NCBI GenBank assembly: GCA_002269645.1
Contig: NIVC01000646.1
Location: 431,241 to 495,240, forward strand
Reading direction: 5' to 3'
From: Macrostomum lignano
Taxonomy: Eukaryota
DNA: 64,000 bases
Part shown: one piece after another, positions 1-12,260 of the stretch
Layout: every line of letters begins with the position of its first letter
Numbering within the stretch: position 1 is the stretch's first letter
Translations under genes and position numbers: made by a program
The notes under the pieces: generated by a model
Seen by the model: only the letters and a program-made list of their open reading frames with translations
Databases searched by the model: none
What the model was told of the DNA's origin: nothing

Positions 1-579
1 TTATTAAAAGAAAGAACAACACGAAACGAATTGAGTGCATTCGAACTAACTAGATATGAAAAATGGAGCAGCATTATCAAGAAGTCTAGTAACACCGAAG
101 TTGTAGTGCAAAGTGGGTGATGCTCAATACAATAAAATTGGCCAAGCCAAGTTGTTCAAGCCATTAGGACCATGCTATGAAGTCGGTAATATTTTGGCCC
201 AGTACTCCTGTACCTCACCGGAAATGAATCATGAATTACACCGCTGTCTAACAGTCAAGGATAAGCAACAGAAAATAAATGTTTGATTGAGTGCAACATT
301 TCGGCACAAAGTGCCACTGCAAACAGGTGAGTATAGTAGGAAGGTTGAGAAATTTGTCAGTTTAATGAGTACAACGAACACACATGGAAAAAGCAAGATC
401 GTTAACATATTCGATACATAAATCGTCACAGTAAAAGGAAACAGTTATAAATTTGTGGCAAAATGTTGCGGAATTGAAAGAGGTGCAAAAAAAAGAGTAT
501 TGCTTTCATTCTATCAGCGTAGTTAAAAAATGACCTTAAAGCAAGTGGCTCAAACCGCGAAGAGAGTAGGTGGAGGAGT

Positions 580-790
580 GCGGCGTGGGGTGGGTGCAAT
601 GTGCAGGGATAGCAAAGCATGACTGTCCATCCACCAACTCTCCCAGCCAATCGGGGCCAACCAGCAATTAAACGGCGTGGGGTGGGTGCAGTGTGCAGGG
701 ATAGAAAAGCAAGGCTGTCTACCAACTCTTCCAGCCAATCAGAGCCGACCAGTACGCTCGTAATTAAAATGGCGTGAGGTCGGTGCTGGG
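580..790. repeat. ~92-bp tandem duplication containing CCAAT motifs
   Basis: GGCGTGGGGTGGGTGCA.TGTGCAGGGATAG at ~582 and ~674. Confidence 0.7.
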
Positions 791-971
791 GCGAGGCAAA
801 AAGCAATGACCTATTGCCGAGCGCTGCATCTGAGGCTATTTAAGGCAAACAAGGACCAAAAAGGCACAACACAATCCTATCAGCAAAATCCAAAGGGAAT
901 GAAAATAACTAGACTAGCCAAAATAGATACTTTAAATAGAACTAATTTCCGAATGAGTGAATCCAGTTCCT

Positions 972-3900
972 TCATTCGCAGCCAATATAGTTGTAAAACT
1001 TAGGAAAAGATTTCCATTGTCTCCGCAATTTCTTCAACTGTGGCATTGTCAGAAGCCGCCGTCTCGCCCGCCTTGTCCGCTGGCACCTGCCGCCGGTCCT
1101 GGCTTCCAGCCGCAGCTTGCCGGCCCTGGCGTGCCGCACCGCCAGGGCGAAACTCACCGAGTCGTCCAGCCGGGCCAACCGCAAAGATTCTTCCACCTCG
1201 ACCGCGGGCCGCCCGGCCGACTGCAGCCGCCAGCGCTCGCTCTTCTCCGTCCGGTGGCGCAGCAGTGCCTCGCGAATTTTCGATCGCGACGCCAGGCTGA
1301 TGTTCAGCGTCGAGCGCAGCGTCGCTACGAGGCTGCCGCCGCCGCCGCCGCCGTTAGATCGCAGCAGCCGCAGCAGCTCCTTTCGAGTCTGGCGACGCCT
1401 TCGCCGGCGCGCCCGCCGAGCCCGGTAGCCGCCAGCCGCCAGAGCCGGACAGACGCGCTCGGCCAGCAGGCTGGCCACCCTCGCCGACTCGAAGGCGAGC
1501 GTCAGCAGGTCGCGCCGGCAGTGAAGCTTCCGGCTACGCCGCAGACGACGCCGGAACACGCAGCCGCGGCGGCCCGTTCCAGCGTCGTCCAGAAAGGCCA
1601 GCGCGAGGTCCTTGTTGAAGTAGCGGTTCGCCAGCCTGACGGCCCGGTCTCCGGCTCGGGCGCGGAGTTTGGCGCGCAGCTGGCGCAGCTGGCGCCGAAC
1701 CCGTCTGGTGAGCGCCGCTTTCTCCAGCGCGTGCGCCTCCGCGGCCGCCTTGGCAGCCGAGCAGCGCGCGTCAACGTTGGCGCCGCCAGCGGCCTCGCTC
1801 TCTCTGAGACGCCGTCGAGTGGCCGAGTTCAGCGACTCGGTCTCCAAGCGCACCAGGCGGCCGGCGCCGATTTCCACCTGTTCAGTCGGCCTCGTCTCGT
1901 TCCGGCGCGTCTTGTCCATCACAGTCCAGCGGAGACCGTCGGCGTCCACTTTGCGTCGCTCTTCCACCAGGAATACGACTGACTTGGAGCGGCCGCGCAG
2001 CTCGCGCCCGTTCTGCGGATGGCTGTCGCTGATGCCGAGGTACCAGCGGCTTGCCGCCTTACGACTGCGCGTCCCATTGCCGCCTCCTTTGACGGTAGCG
2101 TCCGGCAGGATGGCCCGGTAGAAGGTGGCCACGGTGAAGCGGCTGCTGGCGGGGCGGTGGCTCCGGTCTGGCAGTGGCAGGTCGGGCAGCAGCCGGCCGC
2201 GCCACAGGCAGTCCTCGGGCAGGCGGCCGGACTCGACTTTCTGCAACGGGGATTGGGGAGGTGGCCTTAACTGTAGATACATGTATAAGGTGCCTTATCT
2301 ACGGAGTTTCTCTTGGATACAACTGCTTAGCAACGGGGCTTCCCTTAGATACACTTCTTACAAACAGGGACTAGTTTCGATGACGCAGATGTTGCAGCAG
2401 ATTTTTAATAGGCATCTAAATAGAGGAACTGCGACATGATTGGCAAACTGCCAAATAACAGAGTGGTGCCAATTTTCTCATTGTCTGACGCCATCCTCAA
2501 TTAGCCGCATCAATAAAAATGTTTAGAAATCGAATCCATAATCTACAAGTGTATAGCTGAATCCTCATACCGTTATTGATGCCCAATTGATCAATTATGA
2601 ATTATGAATTATGAATATGTTAGAAAATTATTGATTGTAAAGAAATTTAAATAGAGAACTTTTTTTGATTGATAATTCTATGAAACTTTAAAACTTACAT
2701 GACAAAGATACACTCGGACTGGCGTGAATGCAGTGCAGCCTATCCCTCTGCTGAGAGAGCCAGAATTGGGGTTGGGCGTGGATTGAACCTCCCGCTAAGA
2801 GAGACAGAATTGGGGTGGGCTTGGATGGAACCTCCCGCTAAGAGAGCCGGAATGGGGGTGGGCGTGGTTGAACCCTCCGCAGGAGAGCCGGAATTTGGGT
2901 GGGCGTGGATTGAACCTCCCGCTAAGAGAGCCAGAATTGGGGTGGGCGTGGATTGAATTTCCCGCTGAGAGAGCCAGAATTGGGGTGGGCGTTGATTGAA
3001 CCTCCCGCTGAGAGAGCCGGAATTGGGGTGGGCGTGGTTGAACCCTCCGCAGGGACAGCCGGAATTGGGGTGGGCGTGGTTGAACCCCCCGCAGTGAGAG
3101 ACAGAATTGGGGTGGGCGTGGATTGAACTTCCCGCTAAGAGAGATAGAATTGGGGTGGGCGTGGTTGAACCCCCCCCCCCGCAGGGAGAGCCAGAATGGA
3201 GTGAGGCGGATGGTAGTTAATGTACAAAGTTAATTACCGTGGTGTAGACATCCGCCAAGTTGTTCATGCAGATGTAGTGTTTCCCAAAATGGCTTTTGAT
3301 TAAAAACTTAAATTCGCCTCTGTCCGAGGCCTTGTCGCCCGGCAGTTGTAGAGGCTGACCAGTGTTAAAGTTTAACACCATCTGGACATTTAGCACTGGA
3401 AAATGTGAAATACGGGTTCAAGATTGCCGACTGTAAAAATCCGAAATTAAACTCATCGTTTTCAAAATGAATTACTCAACTTTTTGTAGGCGGAAAAGCC
3501 TCGTTGAACTTCTCTACTACTTCGCATTTTGTTTAAGTTGGCAGCGTGCCAAAATGAGAGGAAGAATCTCCCCCCAAATATATCCTGAGTGGAGAATCCG
3601 CATAGGGTAGCAGGAGCGGAATGCGTGGGCGGTGGAGCCCTTGTGACTCAATACCCAATTGTGCATTCAATGGGAGCAGAACTGGACCAAGCAGTGTGAG
3701 GGGAGACAAAAGTAGTGCAGGCTAGAAACCAATTGGCTCGCTTCCAAGTTGGGATTAAAACCTGCATGAAGCTGGGATGATGTTCGCTCCTCTGCTACAA
3801 GTTGGCAGGCTGCCAGAACACGGGTAAATTTGTCTGAAAAATTGCCAGACAAAATAGAATACGGGTGGCAACGTAAATCTCTACTGCAGGCATTTTTATA

Positions 3901-6545
3901 GGCAGTCGGAAATTAATAATTAATCATTGCCGGCCTCAGCACGCATTTCCCATTCAATTTGATCAACAATATATAGAGTTGCGATTCCAAAAATTGTCGG
4001 CCACGTCGACTGCCGATATGTGGCGCAGAAAACTTTCTTATGGAGCTATTCGACTTGGTGTGCTGTTTGTGATGCTGTTTGTGGTGCTGTTTGTGGTGCT
4101 GTTTGTGATGCTGTTTGTGGTGCTGTTTGTGGTGCTGTTTGTGGTGCTGTTTGCGATACTGTTTGTGGTGCTGTTTGTGATGCTGTTTGTGGTGCTGTTT
4201 GTGATGCTGTTTGTGATGCTGTTTGTGGTGCTGTTTTTGATGCTGTTTGTGGTGCTGTTTGTGGTGCTGTTTGTGGTGCTGTTTGTGGTGCTGTTTGTGG
4301 TGCTGTTTGTGGTGCTGTTTGTGGTGCTGTTTGTGGTGCTGTTTGTGATGCTGTTTGTGGTGCTGTTTGTGATGCTGTTTGTGGTGCTGTTTGTGGTGCT
4401 GTTTGTGGTGCTGTTTGTGGTGCTGTTTGTGATGCTGTTTGTGGTGCTGTTTGTGATGCTGTTTGTGGTGCTGTTTGTGATGCTGTTTGTGATGCTGTTT
4501 GTGATGCTGTTTGTGGTGCTGTTTGTGGTGCTGTTTGTGGTGCTGTTTGTGATGCTGTTTGTGGTGCTGTTTGTGATGCTGTTTGTGGTGCTGTTTGTGA
4601 TGCTTTTTGTGGTGCTGTTTGTGATGCTGTTTGTGATGCTGTTTGTGATGCTGTTTGTGATGCTGTTTGTGGTGCTGTTTGTGGTGCTGTTTGTGGTGCT
4701 GTTTGTGGTGCTGTTTGTGGTGCTGTTTGTGGTGCTGTTTGTGGTGCTGTTGGTATTGCTAAAAATTGGGGCTGTTGCGGGGTGCCCAGTGGGCACTGCA
4801 CAGTGTTGCAGAAGCTGGAGCACTCGAAGAGTTCAAGGCAGACAACTAATTGGGGTGAGCACTGACAGTCTGACAGACAGACAGACAGAAACTTGACAAG
4901 CTATAAAAACTCAAATATCTCGCTGACAGTTTCAAAGGGCCTTTCCAATGCACAGACACATAAAAACAAATATTTCTGTAGCTTCAAAAATCTTATTCGA
5001 ATTTCAATAAATTTCAGACATTTGTTGAACTTTGAATCTGAAATTTACTGAGAGACTGTGAAAGAACTTTTGCCAAGTGCAGAGAAACTGAAGGAAGCTG
5101 AAAATCTGTACAGCAGTTCACTGTTCGTCATCAAAACAGCGATTGGTGAAGTTGAAATATGCTTATTGGACACTGCCTCAGCTTACGCAACTGAAAAATC
5201 TCACACTGCAACTCACACTGCAACTCGCACTGCAACTTGCACAGCATCTCACACTGCAACTCACACTGCAACTCGCACTGCAACTCACACTGCAACTCGC
5301 ACTGCAACTCACACTGCAACTCACACTGCAACTCGCACTTCGCAACTCGCACTGCAACTCACACTGCAACTCACACTGCAACTCACACTGCAACTCACAC
5401 TGCAACTCACACTGCAACTCACACTGCAACTCACACTGCAACTCACACTGCAACTCACACTGCAACTCACACTGCAACTCGCACTGCAACTCACACTGCA
5501 ACTCACACTGCAACTCACACTGCAACTCGCACTTCGCAACTCGCACTTCGCAACTCGCACTGCAACTCACACTGCAACTCACACTGCAACTCACACTGCA
5601 ACTCACACTGCAACTCGCACTGCAACTCACACTGCAACTCACACTGCAACTCGCACTTCGCAACTCACACTGCAACTCACACTGCAACTCACACTGCAAC
5701 TCACACTGCAACTCACACTGCAACTCACACTGCAACTCACACTGCAACTCGCACTGCAACTCACACTGCAACTCACACTGCAACTCGCACTGCAACTCGC
5801 ACTTCGCAACTCACACTGCAACTCACACTGCAACTCACACTGCAACTCACACTGCAACTCACACTGCAACTCATACTGCAACTCACACTGCAACTCATAC
5901 TGCAACTCACACTGCAACTCGCACTTCGCAACTCACACTGCAACTCACACTGCAACTCACACTGCAACTCACACTGCAACTCACACTGCAACTCACACTG
6001 CATCTCACACTGCAACTCACACTGCATCTCACACTGCATCTCACACTGCAACTCACACTGCAACTTGCACTGCAACTCACACTGCAACTTGCACTGCAAC
6101 TCACACTGCAACTTGCACTGCAACTCACACTGCATCTCACACTGCATCTCACACTGCATCTCACACAGCAACTCTTACTGCAACTCACACTGATGAAGAC
6201 ACAGAAAGTACAGAAGGACCAAAGAAAGTTCACCGCCTCACCTGTCTCAGCCGTCCAGCCCTGAAACCGTTCGCTGCGCAGCCGACCCACCGAGCTCACG
6301 ACCAGCGCCTCGCGCCTCTTAAAGTCGGCGCTATCGAAACCGCTGTTGCTCAGCGTCTCCATGGCCGCCTCGCCGATGCTGAACCCAACTCGATGCGGAC
6401 TGGCGCTTCGCCGTATCAGTTTGGCGCCGCCGGCGCTAGTAGGCGCTAATTCTAGCGCCTGCATTGCCGGTCTGGCGCCAGTGGATTTGATAGAAATTAA
6501 AATTATTAGAAGCAAAAGACTGCAAGGGTTCGGACCCGCCAGCAT
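972..6545 (-). CDS. Divergent FGF-family ligand, secreted; exons 6545-6300, 3584-3476, 3395-3238, 2270-972 (~603 aa)
   Basis: GT-AG splicing with matching phases (0,1,0) gives one ORF. It has a hydrophobic signal peptide (SLLLLIILISI), then FKRREALV|DIFGGRFFLSF (cf. FGF2 FKDPKRLYCKNGGFFLRI), IKSHFGKHYICMNN (cf. GLYICMNK), PEDCLW (conserved E-x-C), WYLGIS and RGRSKSVVFL (cf. GQKAILFL). The last two intron phases (1, 0) match conserved FGF introns. The exon 1 donor was chosen by phase and alignment. Confidence 0.7.
2745..3200. repeat. ~43-bp minisatellite (GAGAGCCAGAATTGGGGTGGGCGTGGATTGAACCTCCCGCTAA) in FGF intron 3
   Basis: About 10 diverged tandem copies. Confidence 0.9.
4060..4752. repeat. 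12-bp minisatellite GTG(G/A)TGCTGTTT
   Basis: About 57 copies with no indels. Confidence 0.95.
5200..6190. repeat. 12-bp minisatellite CACACTGCAACT with six 14-bp variant units
   Basis: About 80 copies; variant ACTCGCACTTCGCA. Confidence 0.95.
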
Positions 6546-6810
6546 AGTGTCTGCGGAGATTGCTTTTTAAATTCCAACTTTGATAGAAAATTTGAGTCCC
6601 GAATCTGGGCTGCAAAACTTCAATGTGTCTCCGCTTTTTCGCCGAAAACTGCCCCCGTTTTATTTGCCGTCATGCCGTGGCGCGCGCCGGCTTCTGATTG
6701 GCTGGCCAGGGGTCCAAGCCACTGCTCTCAAAGCGCTTCCACTTTGCAGATTACTTATAGTAGGAATGAGTGGACTGCTGCTGTCCGATTGCGCCTTCTA
6801 TCGCAATCAT

Positions 6811-7115
6811 AAATAATAATTGCTTACACCACCTGCCCCAATTGGGCCAGATGTGCAACCGACAGCTCAGCCGCAGCTATTGCGCGGCGCATCTGAAGGC
6901 TGCGTACGGCTGTTCAGTCCAAGGACGGGGGAGTCGCCACAAACACCCTCAATTACCCCAGCTGGCACCCATTTTACACCTGGGTGAACTGAAGCAATGC
7001 AGAGTTAAGTGTCTTGCTCGAGGACACAAATTGTTCCGGTGGGATCTGGACTCAAACCCCCGAACCTTCAAGTTGTCAGTCCGATGCTCCAACCACTGAT
7101 CTAAAACCCTCAACC
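6811..7115 (-). mobile_element. tRNA-derived CORE-like SINE, copy 1
   Basis: Near-identical to 37543-37845 and 57607-57880. It has a tRNA-like head with A/B boxes, a CORE-like middle (GTGTCCTCGAGCAAGACACTTAAC...CAGGTGTAAAATGGG) and an (ATT)n tail. Confidence 0.8.
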
Positions 7116-7530
7116 TGAGATACCCCTCAGTCTGAACTATAGTTGAAGCCAAATCAATCAGAACCGAAGACGTACACGCAGAAACTGATATTAGCTAAGT
7201 GGCGAGCTAGAAAATTAAACCAGTTCTAAAATCTATTCATGAAATCAATTCATGGTTTGTATATTTTGTATTTAATCTACCAATATTTAGATAAAATGGC
7301 TAATTGCATTTACGCTTGGTCACTTGTCAAACAAATTCAAGACTCAAGTGCCATTGTAAACAGTACTTTAAAAAACAAAAATAATCGAAGACTAATTATA
7401 AAAATATATAGACTAAGAAAGCTCTGCTTTTGTAATAAGACACTTCTAAAAATGGATTAAAATGGTGCTGCGATTGTGGCGCAGGTTCGCAGAGTGGTTG
7501 TCAGCACGACCACCTACTGCGCTACAGTAG

Positions 7531-8965
7531 GTAATTAGTGGGGCCGAAACCTGTTCTCAGCAATTATCAGAAGTAATTAGTGGGGCCGAAACCTGTTCTC
7601 AGCAATTATCAGAAGTAATTAGTGGGGCCGAACCTGTTCTCAGCAGTTATCAGAAGTAATTAGTGGGGCCGAACCTGTTCTCAGCAATTATCAGAAGTAA
7701 TTAGTGGGGCCGAAACCTGTTCTCAGCAATTATCAGAAGTAATTAGTGGGGCCGAACCTGTTCTCAGCAGTTATCAGAAGTAATTAGTGGGGCCGAACCT
7801 GTTCTCAGCAATTATCAGAAGTAATTAGTGGGGCCGAACCTGTTCTCAGCAATTATCAGAGGTAATTTGTGAGGCCGAAACCTGTTCTCAGCAATTATCA
7901 GAGGTAATTAGTGGGGCCGAAACCTGTTCTCAGCAATTATCAGAGGTAATTAGTGGGGTCAAAACCTGTTCTCAGCAGTTATCAGAAGTAATTAGTGGGG
8001 CCGAACCTGTTCTCAGCAATTATCAGAGGTAATTAGTGGGGTCAAAACCTGTTCTCAGCAATTATCAGAAGTAATTAGTGGGGCCGAAACCTGTTCTCAG
8101 CAATTATCAGAGGTAATTAGTGGGGCCGAAACCTGTTCTCAGCAATTATCAGAGGTAATTAGTGGGGCCGAAACCTGTTCTCAGCAATTATCAGAAGTAA
8201 CTAGTGGGGCCGAAACCTGTTCTCAGCAATTATCAGAAGTAATTAGTGGGGCCGAAACCTGTTCTCAGCAATTATCAGAGGTAATTAGTGGGGCCGAAAC
8301 CTGTTCTCAGCAATTATCAGAAGTAATTAGTGGGGCCGAAACCTGTTCTCAGCAATTATCAGAAGTAATTAGTGGGGCCTGTTCTCAGCAATTATCAGAG
8401 GTAATTAGTGGGGCCGAAACCTGTTCTCAGCAATTATCAGAAGTAATTAGTGGGGCCGAAACCTGTTCTCAGCAATTATCAGAGGTAATTAGTGGGGTCG
8501 AAACCTGTTCTCAGCAATTATCAGAGGTAATTAGTGGGGCCGAAACCTGTTCTCAGCAATTATCAGAAGTAATTAGTGGGGCCGAAACCTGTTCTCAGCA
8601 ATTATCAGAGGTAATTAGTGGGGTCGAAACCTGTTCTCAGCAATTATCAGAGGTAATTAGTGGGGCCGAAACCTGTTCTCAGCAATTATCAGAAGTAATT
8701 AGTGGGGCCGAAACCTGTTCTCAGCAATTATCAGAGGTAATTAGTGGGGTCGAAACCTGTTCTCAGCAATTATCAGAGGTAATTAGTGGGGCCGAAACCT
8801 GTTCTCAGCAGTTATCAGAAGTAATTAGTGGGGCCGAAACCTGTTCTCAGCAGTTATCAGAAGTAATTAGTGGGGCCGAAACCTGTTCTCAGCAGTTATC
8901 AGAAGTAATTGGTGGGGCCGAACCTGTTCTCAGCAGTTATCAGAAGTAAATAGTGTGGCCGAAAC
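7531..8965. repeat. 42-bp minisatellite GTAATTAGTGGGGCCGAAACCTGTTCTCAGCAATTATCAGAA
   Basis: About 34 head-to-tail copies, no spacers. Confidence 0.95.
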
Positions 8966-9095
8966 CCATCAACAATTATCAATAGTAATTCGCAGGGCAG
9001 ACACACCAGGTGCCTCCATATTTGTGCAGCCAATTGCAATACACGGCACACCTTCATAATGGCTAATTCCATATTCCATAGGTTGAGCCACTCAG

Positions 9096-10090
9096 CTACT
9101 TGACCGCAAAGCCCTCCAGCTGCTCCTGCACCAGCAGCGCATGCAGCGGCATGTCCCAGTTGCGCCCGTAGTTCAACTGGCTGAAGCCGGCGCCGTCGAG
9201 ACTGGCCTCCGGCTTGTTCAGCAGGCGGCAGTCACAGAACAGCAGCGACCAGGCGGGCTGGCAGAGCCACTGGACCAGTCGAGCCCAACGCCGAGTAGAG
9301 GCTACGTGCTCCAGAAAGATAAACACGCCGTTCTGCGGGATTGTCGATATCGCGCATAGAAACCAGCATGGAAACCGCATAGCAACCAGTATGAAACGGC
9401 ACCGAAACCAAGCAAAAAAACCACATAGCAACCAGTATAGAAGTCGCATAACAACCAGCATAAAAACCGCATAGCTACCGGCATAGAAACTGCATAACAA
9501 CCAGCATAGAAACCGCAAAGAAACCGCATAGCAACCAGCATAGAAACCGCATGGCAACAGGGAGAGAGAGCACGCACTGGCTTGAGCACGCGGGCAATCT
9601 CCCCCAACACTCGGTCGGTGTCCCGCACGGAGCACAGCACAAACGTGCCCACAACAGCGTCGAAAGATTCGTCGGGAAAAGCGTCGACCAGATCTTCGGC
9701 GCCGCGGACTAGGTGCCGCTCCAGCCGAATGCTCGGCCACCTGGCGACCTCGGACAGCAGGTAGGGCCGGGTTGCCAGACAGGGGTCCACAACGGACAGG
9801 AAGATGCGGCCGCGAAACGCGGCCGTCATGAAGGCGAAGTTCGCCCCGGACCCGCCGCCAACCTCCAGAACGCGGATGAAGCGGCGCCCGGAGAATCTGT
9901 CGCCGAGGCAGGCGAACAGCTTCCGCTTCCGGTCCCAGCAGAGAGCGTTGTAAGCCCGGGAAATTCGGTCCATCAGGTGGGCGTACACCTCGGCGCGGTG
10001 GCGGCTGTACAGCAGGACCACGGCGCCGAGGAGGAACACCGCGGCGGCGATGGTTGATGATACAAGCGAGCAGTCAGACAGGTGCAACAT
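9096..10090 (-). CDS. METTL7A: METTL7/TMT1-like class I SAM-dependent (thiol) methyltransferase; exons 10090-9578 and 9332-9096 (249 aa)
   Basis: N-terminal hydrophobic anchor, motif I VLEVGGGSGANF, and DESFDAVVGTFVLCSV..EIARVLKP|NGVFIFLEHVA, matching METTL7A/B. Donor GTGCGT at 9577, acceptor CCGCAG at 9333, phase 0. A probable 5'UTR intron spans 10103-11688 (donor GTAAGT). Confidence 0.9.
9345..9560. repeat. ~23-bp imperfect repeat filling the METTL7-like intron
   Basis: GCATAGAAACCGCATAGCAACCA units. Confidence 0.8.
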
Positions 10091-10117
10091 TGTGCTCAGG
10101 ACCTTGCGGGTTGTTAG

Positions 10118-11633
10118 AGTGGGGGGTCAGGGTGCTGGAGTAGGGGTCAGAGTGTTGGAGTGGGGTCAGGGTGTTGCAGTGGGGTCAGGGTGTTGCAGTG
10201 GGGTCAGGGTGTTGGAGTGGGGGTTAGGGTGCTGGAGTGGGGGTTAGGGTGTTGGAGTGGGGTCAGGGTGTTGGTGGGGTCAGGGTGCTGGAGTAGGGGT
10301 CAGGGTGTTGGAGTGGGGTCAGGGTGCTGGAGTAGGGGTCAGGGTGTTGGAGTGGGGTCAGGGTGCTGGAGTAGGGGTCAGGGTGTTGGAGTGGGGTCAG
10401 GGTGCTGGAGTAGGGGTCAGGGTGTTGGAGTGGGGTCAGGGTATTGGAGTGGGGTCAGGGTGCTGGAGTAGGGGTCAGGGTGTTGGAGTGGGGTCAGGGT
10501 GCTGGAGTAGGGGTCAGGGTGTTGGAGTGGGGTCAGGGTATTGGAGTGGGGTCAGGGTGCTGGAATAGGGGTCAGGGTGTTGGATGTTGGTGGGGTCAGG
10601 GTGCTGGAATAGGGGTCAGGGTGTTGGAGTGGGGTCAGGGTGCTGGAGTAGGGGTCAGGGTGTTGGAGTGGGGTCAGGGTATTGGAGTGGGGTCAGGGTG
10701 CTGGAGTAGGGGTCAGGGTGTTGGAGTGGGGTCAGGGTGCTGGAGTAGGGGTCAGGGTGTTGGAGTGGGGTCAGGGTATTGGAGTGGGGTCAGGGTGCTG
10801 GAATAGGGGTCAGGGTGTTGGATGTTGGTGGGGTCAGGGTGCTGGAATAGGGGTCAGGGTGTTGGAGTGGGGTCAGGGTGCTGGAGTGGGGTCAGGGGGC
10901 TGGAATAGGGGTCAGGGTGTTGGAGTGGGGTCAGGGTGCTGGAGTAGGGGTCAGGGTGTTGGAGTAGGGGTCAGGGTGTTGGAGTGGGGTCAGGGTATTG
11001 GAGTGGGGTCAGGGTGCTGGAATAGGGGTCAGGGTGTTGGAGTGGGGTCAGGGTGCTGGAGTAGGGGTCAGGGTGTTGGAGTGGGGTCAGGGTATTGGAG
11101 TGGGGTCAGGGTGCTGGAATAGGGGTCAGGGTGTTGGATGTTGGTGGGGTCAGGGTGCTGGAATAGGGGTCAGGGTGTTGGAGTGGGGTCAGGGTGCTGG
11201 AGTGGGGTCAGGGGGCTGGAATGGGGGTCAGGGTGTTGGAGTGGGGTCAGGGTGCTGGAGTAGGGGTCAGGGTGTTGGAGTAGGGGTCAGGGTGTTGGAG
11301 TGGGGTCAGGGTATTGGAGTGGGGTCAGGGTGCTGGAATAGGGGTCAGGGTGTTGGATGTTGGTGGGGTCAGGGTGCTGGAGTAGGGGTCAGGGTGTTGG
11401 AGTGGGGTCAGGGTGCTGGAGTAGGGGTCAGGGTGTTGGAGTGGGGTCAGGGTATTGGAGTGGGGTCAGGGTGCTGGAATAGGGGTCAGGGTGTTGGATG
11501 TTGGTGGGGTCAGGGTGCTGGAATAGGGGTCAGGGTGTTGGAGTGGGGTCAGGGGGCTGGAATGGGAGTCAGGGTGTTGGAGTGGGGTCAGGGTGCTGGA
11601 GTAGGGGTCAGGGTGCTGGAGTGGGGGTCAGGG
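10118..11633. repeat. 19/20-bp G-rich minisatellite GGAGT(A)GGGGTCAGGGTG(T/C)T
   Basis: About 75 copies; G-tracts on the plus strand. Confidence 0.95.
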
Positions 11634-12260
11634 ATCAATTGAGAAAATTAGAACAAGTGCGCTGTAACTTCAGGTGCGACTCACTTACCCACTAAGCCTC
11701 AAACTGAATGGCGGATTGGCGCCCAGTTTTGAGTAGATTTCCTCCGCAAAGCGCCAAAATTGAAGAGTTGCAAGTAGAAATATTTATATACAGGCTACCC
11801 CCCCCACCCAGGCTCTCTCAATCATCGCCAATGTTCAGCTTGATCCAACTGCGGTTTCCAAGAGGGCGTTGCCACACTATAAGCCATGGGGCGTCACCGG
11901 AAGAAAGGCGCGCCTGCATGACGGTGATGAAGGATTAGGGACGGCTAACCTGAGGGCTCGTTAAAGTGCTCTCCGGTGGCATCCAGCCACCCACACAAAT
12001 AATCCTTGCACGCGGGATAAAAGCGGCAATCAAACAAACACGGATACCGCAGCTGAGTCAAGTCCGCTTCCGCATCTGATAGGCTTGCCAGCCTGGCCTT
12101 CAATTATAGCTCATGACAGATGAGGCTGGCAAAGCTTTTTATTGCACATCTGAGCAGTAGAATGAATGGCTCATTGTACTTGCGATTCACGGGATTACAC
12201 CCTAGCAACCAGTTAGAGATCGCCGCTACAAAGAGAAAAGCAAAGAAATCAAACTGTTGC

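Noticed and set aside
957-1982. 341-aa plus-strand ORF
   Set aside because: Antisense shadow of the GC-rich FGF-like exon 4; no independent motif.
6240-6245. Stronger-looking donor AG|GTGAGG for FGF exon 1
   Set aside because: It is phase 1 and hits a stop when joined to the 3584 acceptor; the phase-0 donor at 6299 restores frame and alignment. It could still be an alternative site.
7531-8965. CRISPR-like regular 42-bp repeats (also 12261-13590 and 52884-53400)
   Set aside because: Units are head-to-tail with no unique spacers, no cas genes are present, and the context is eukaryotic.
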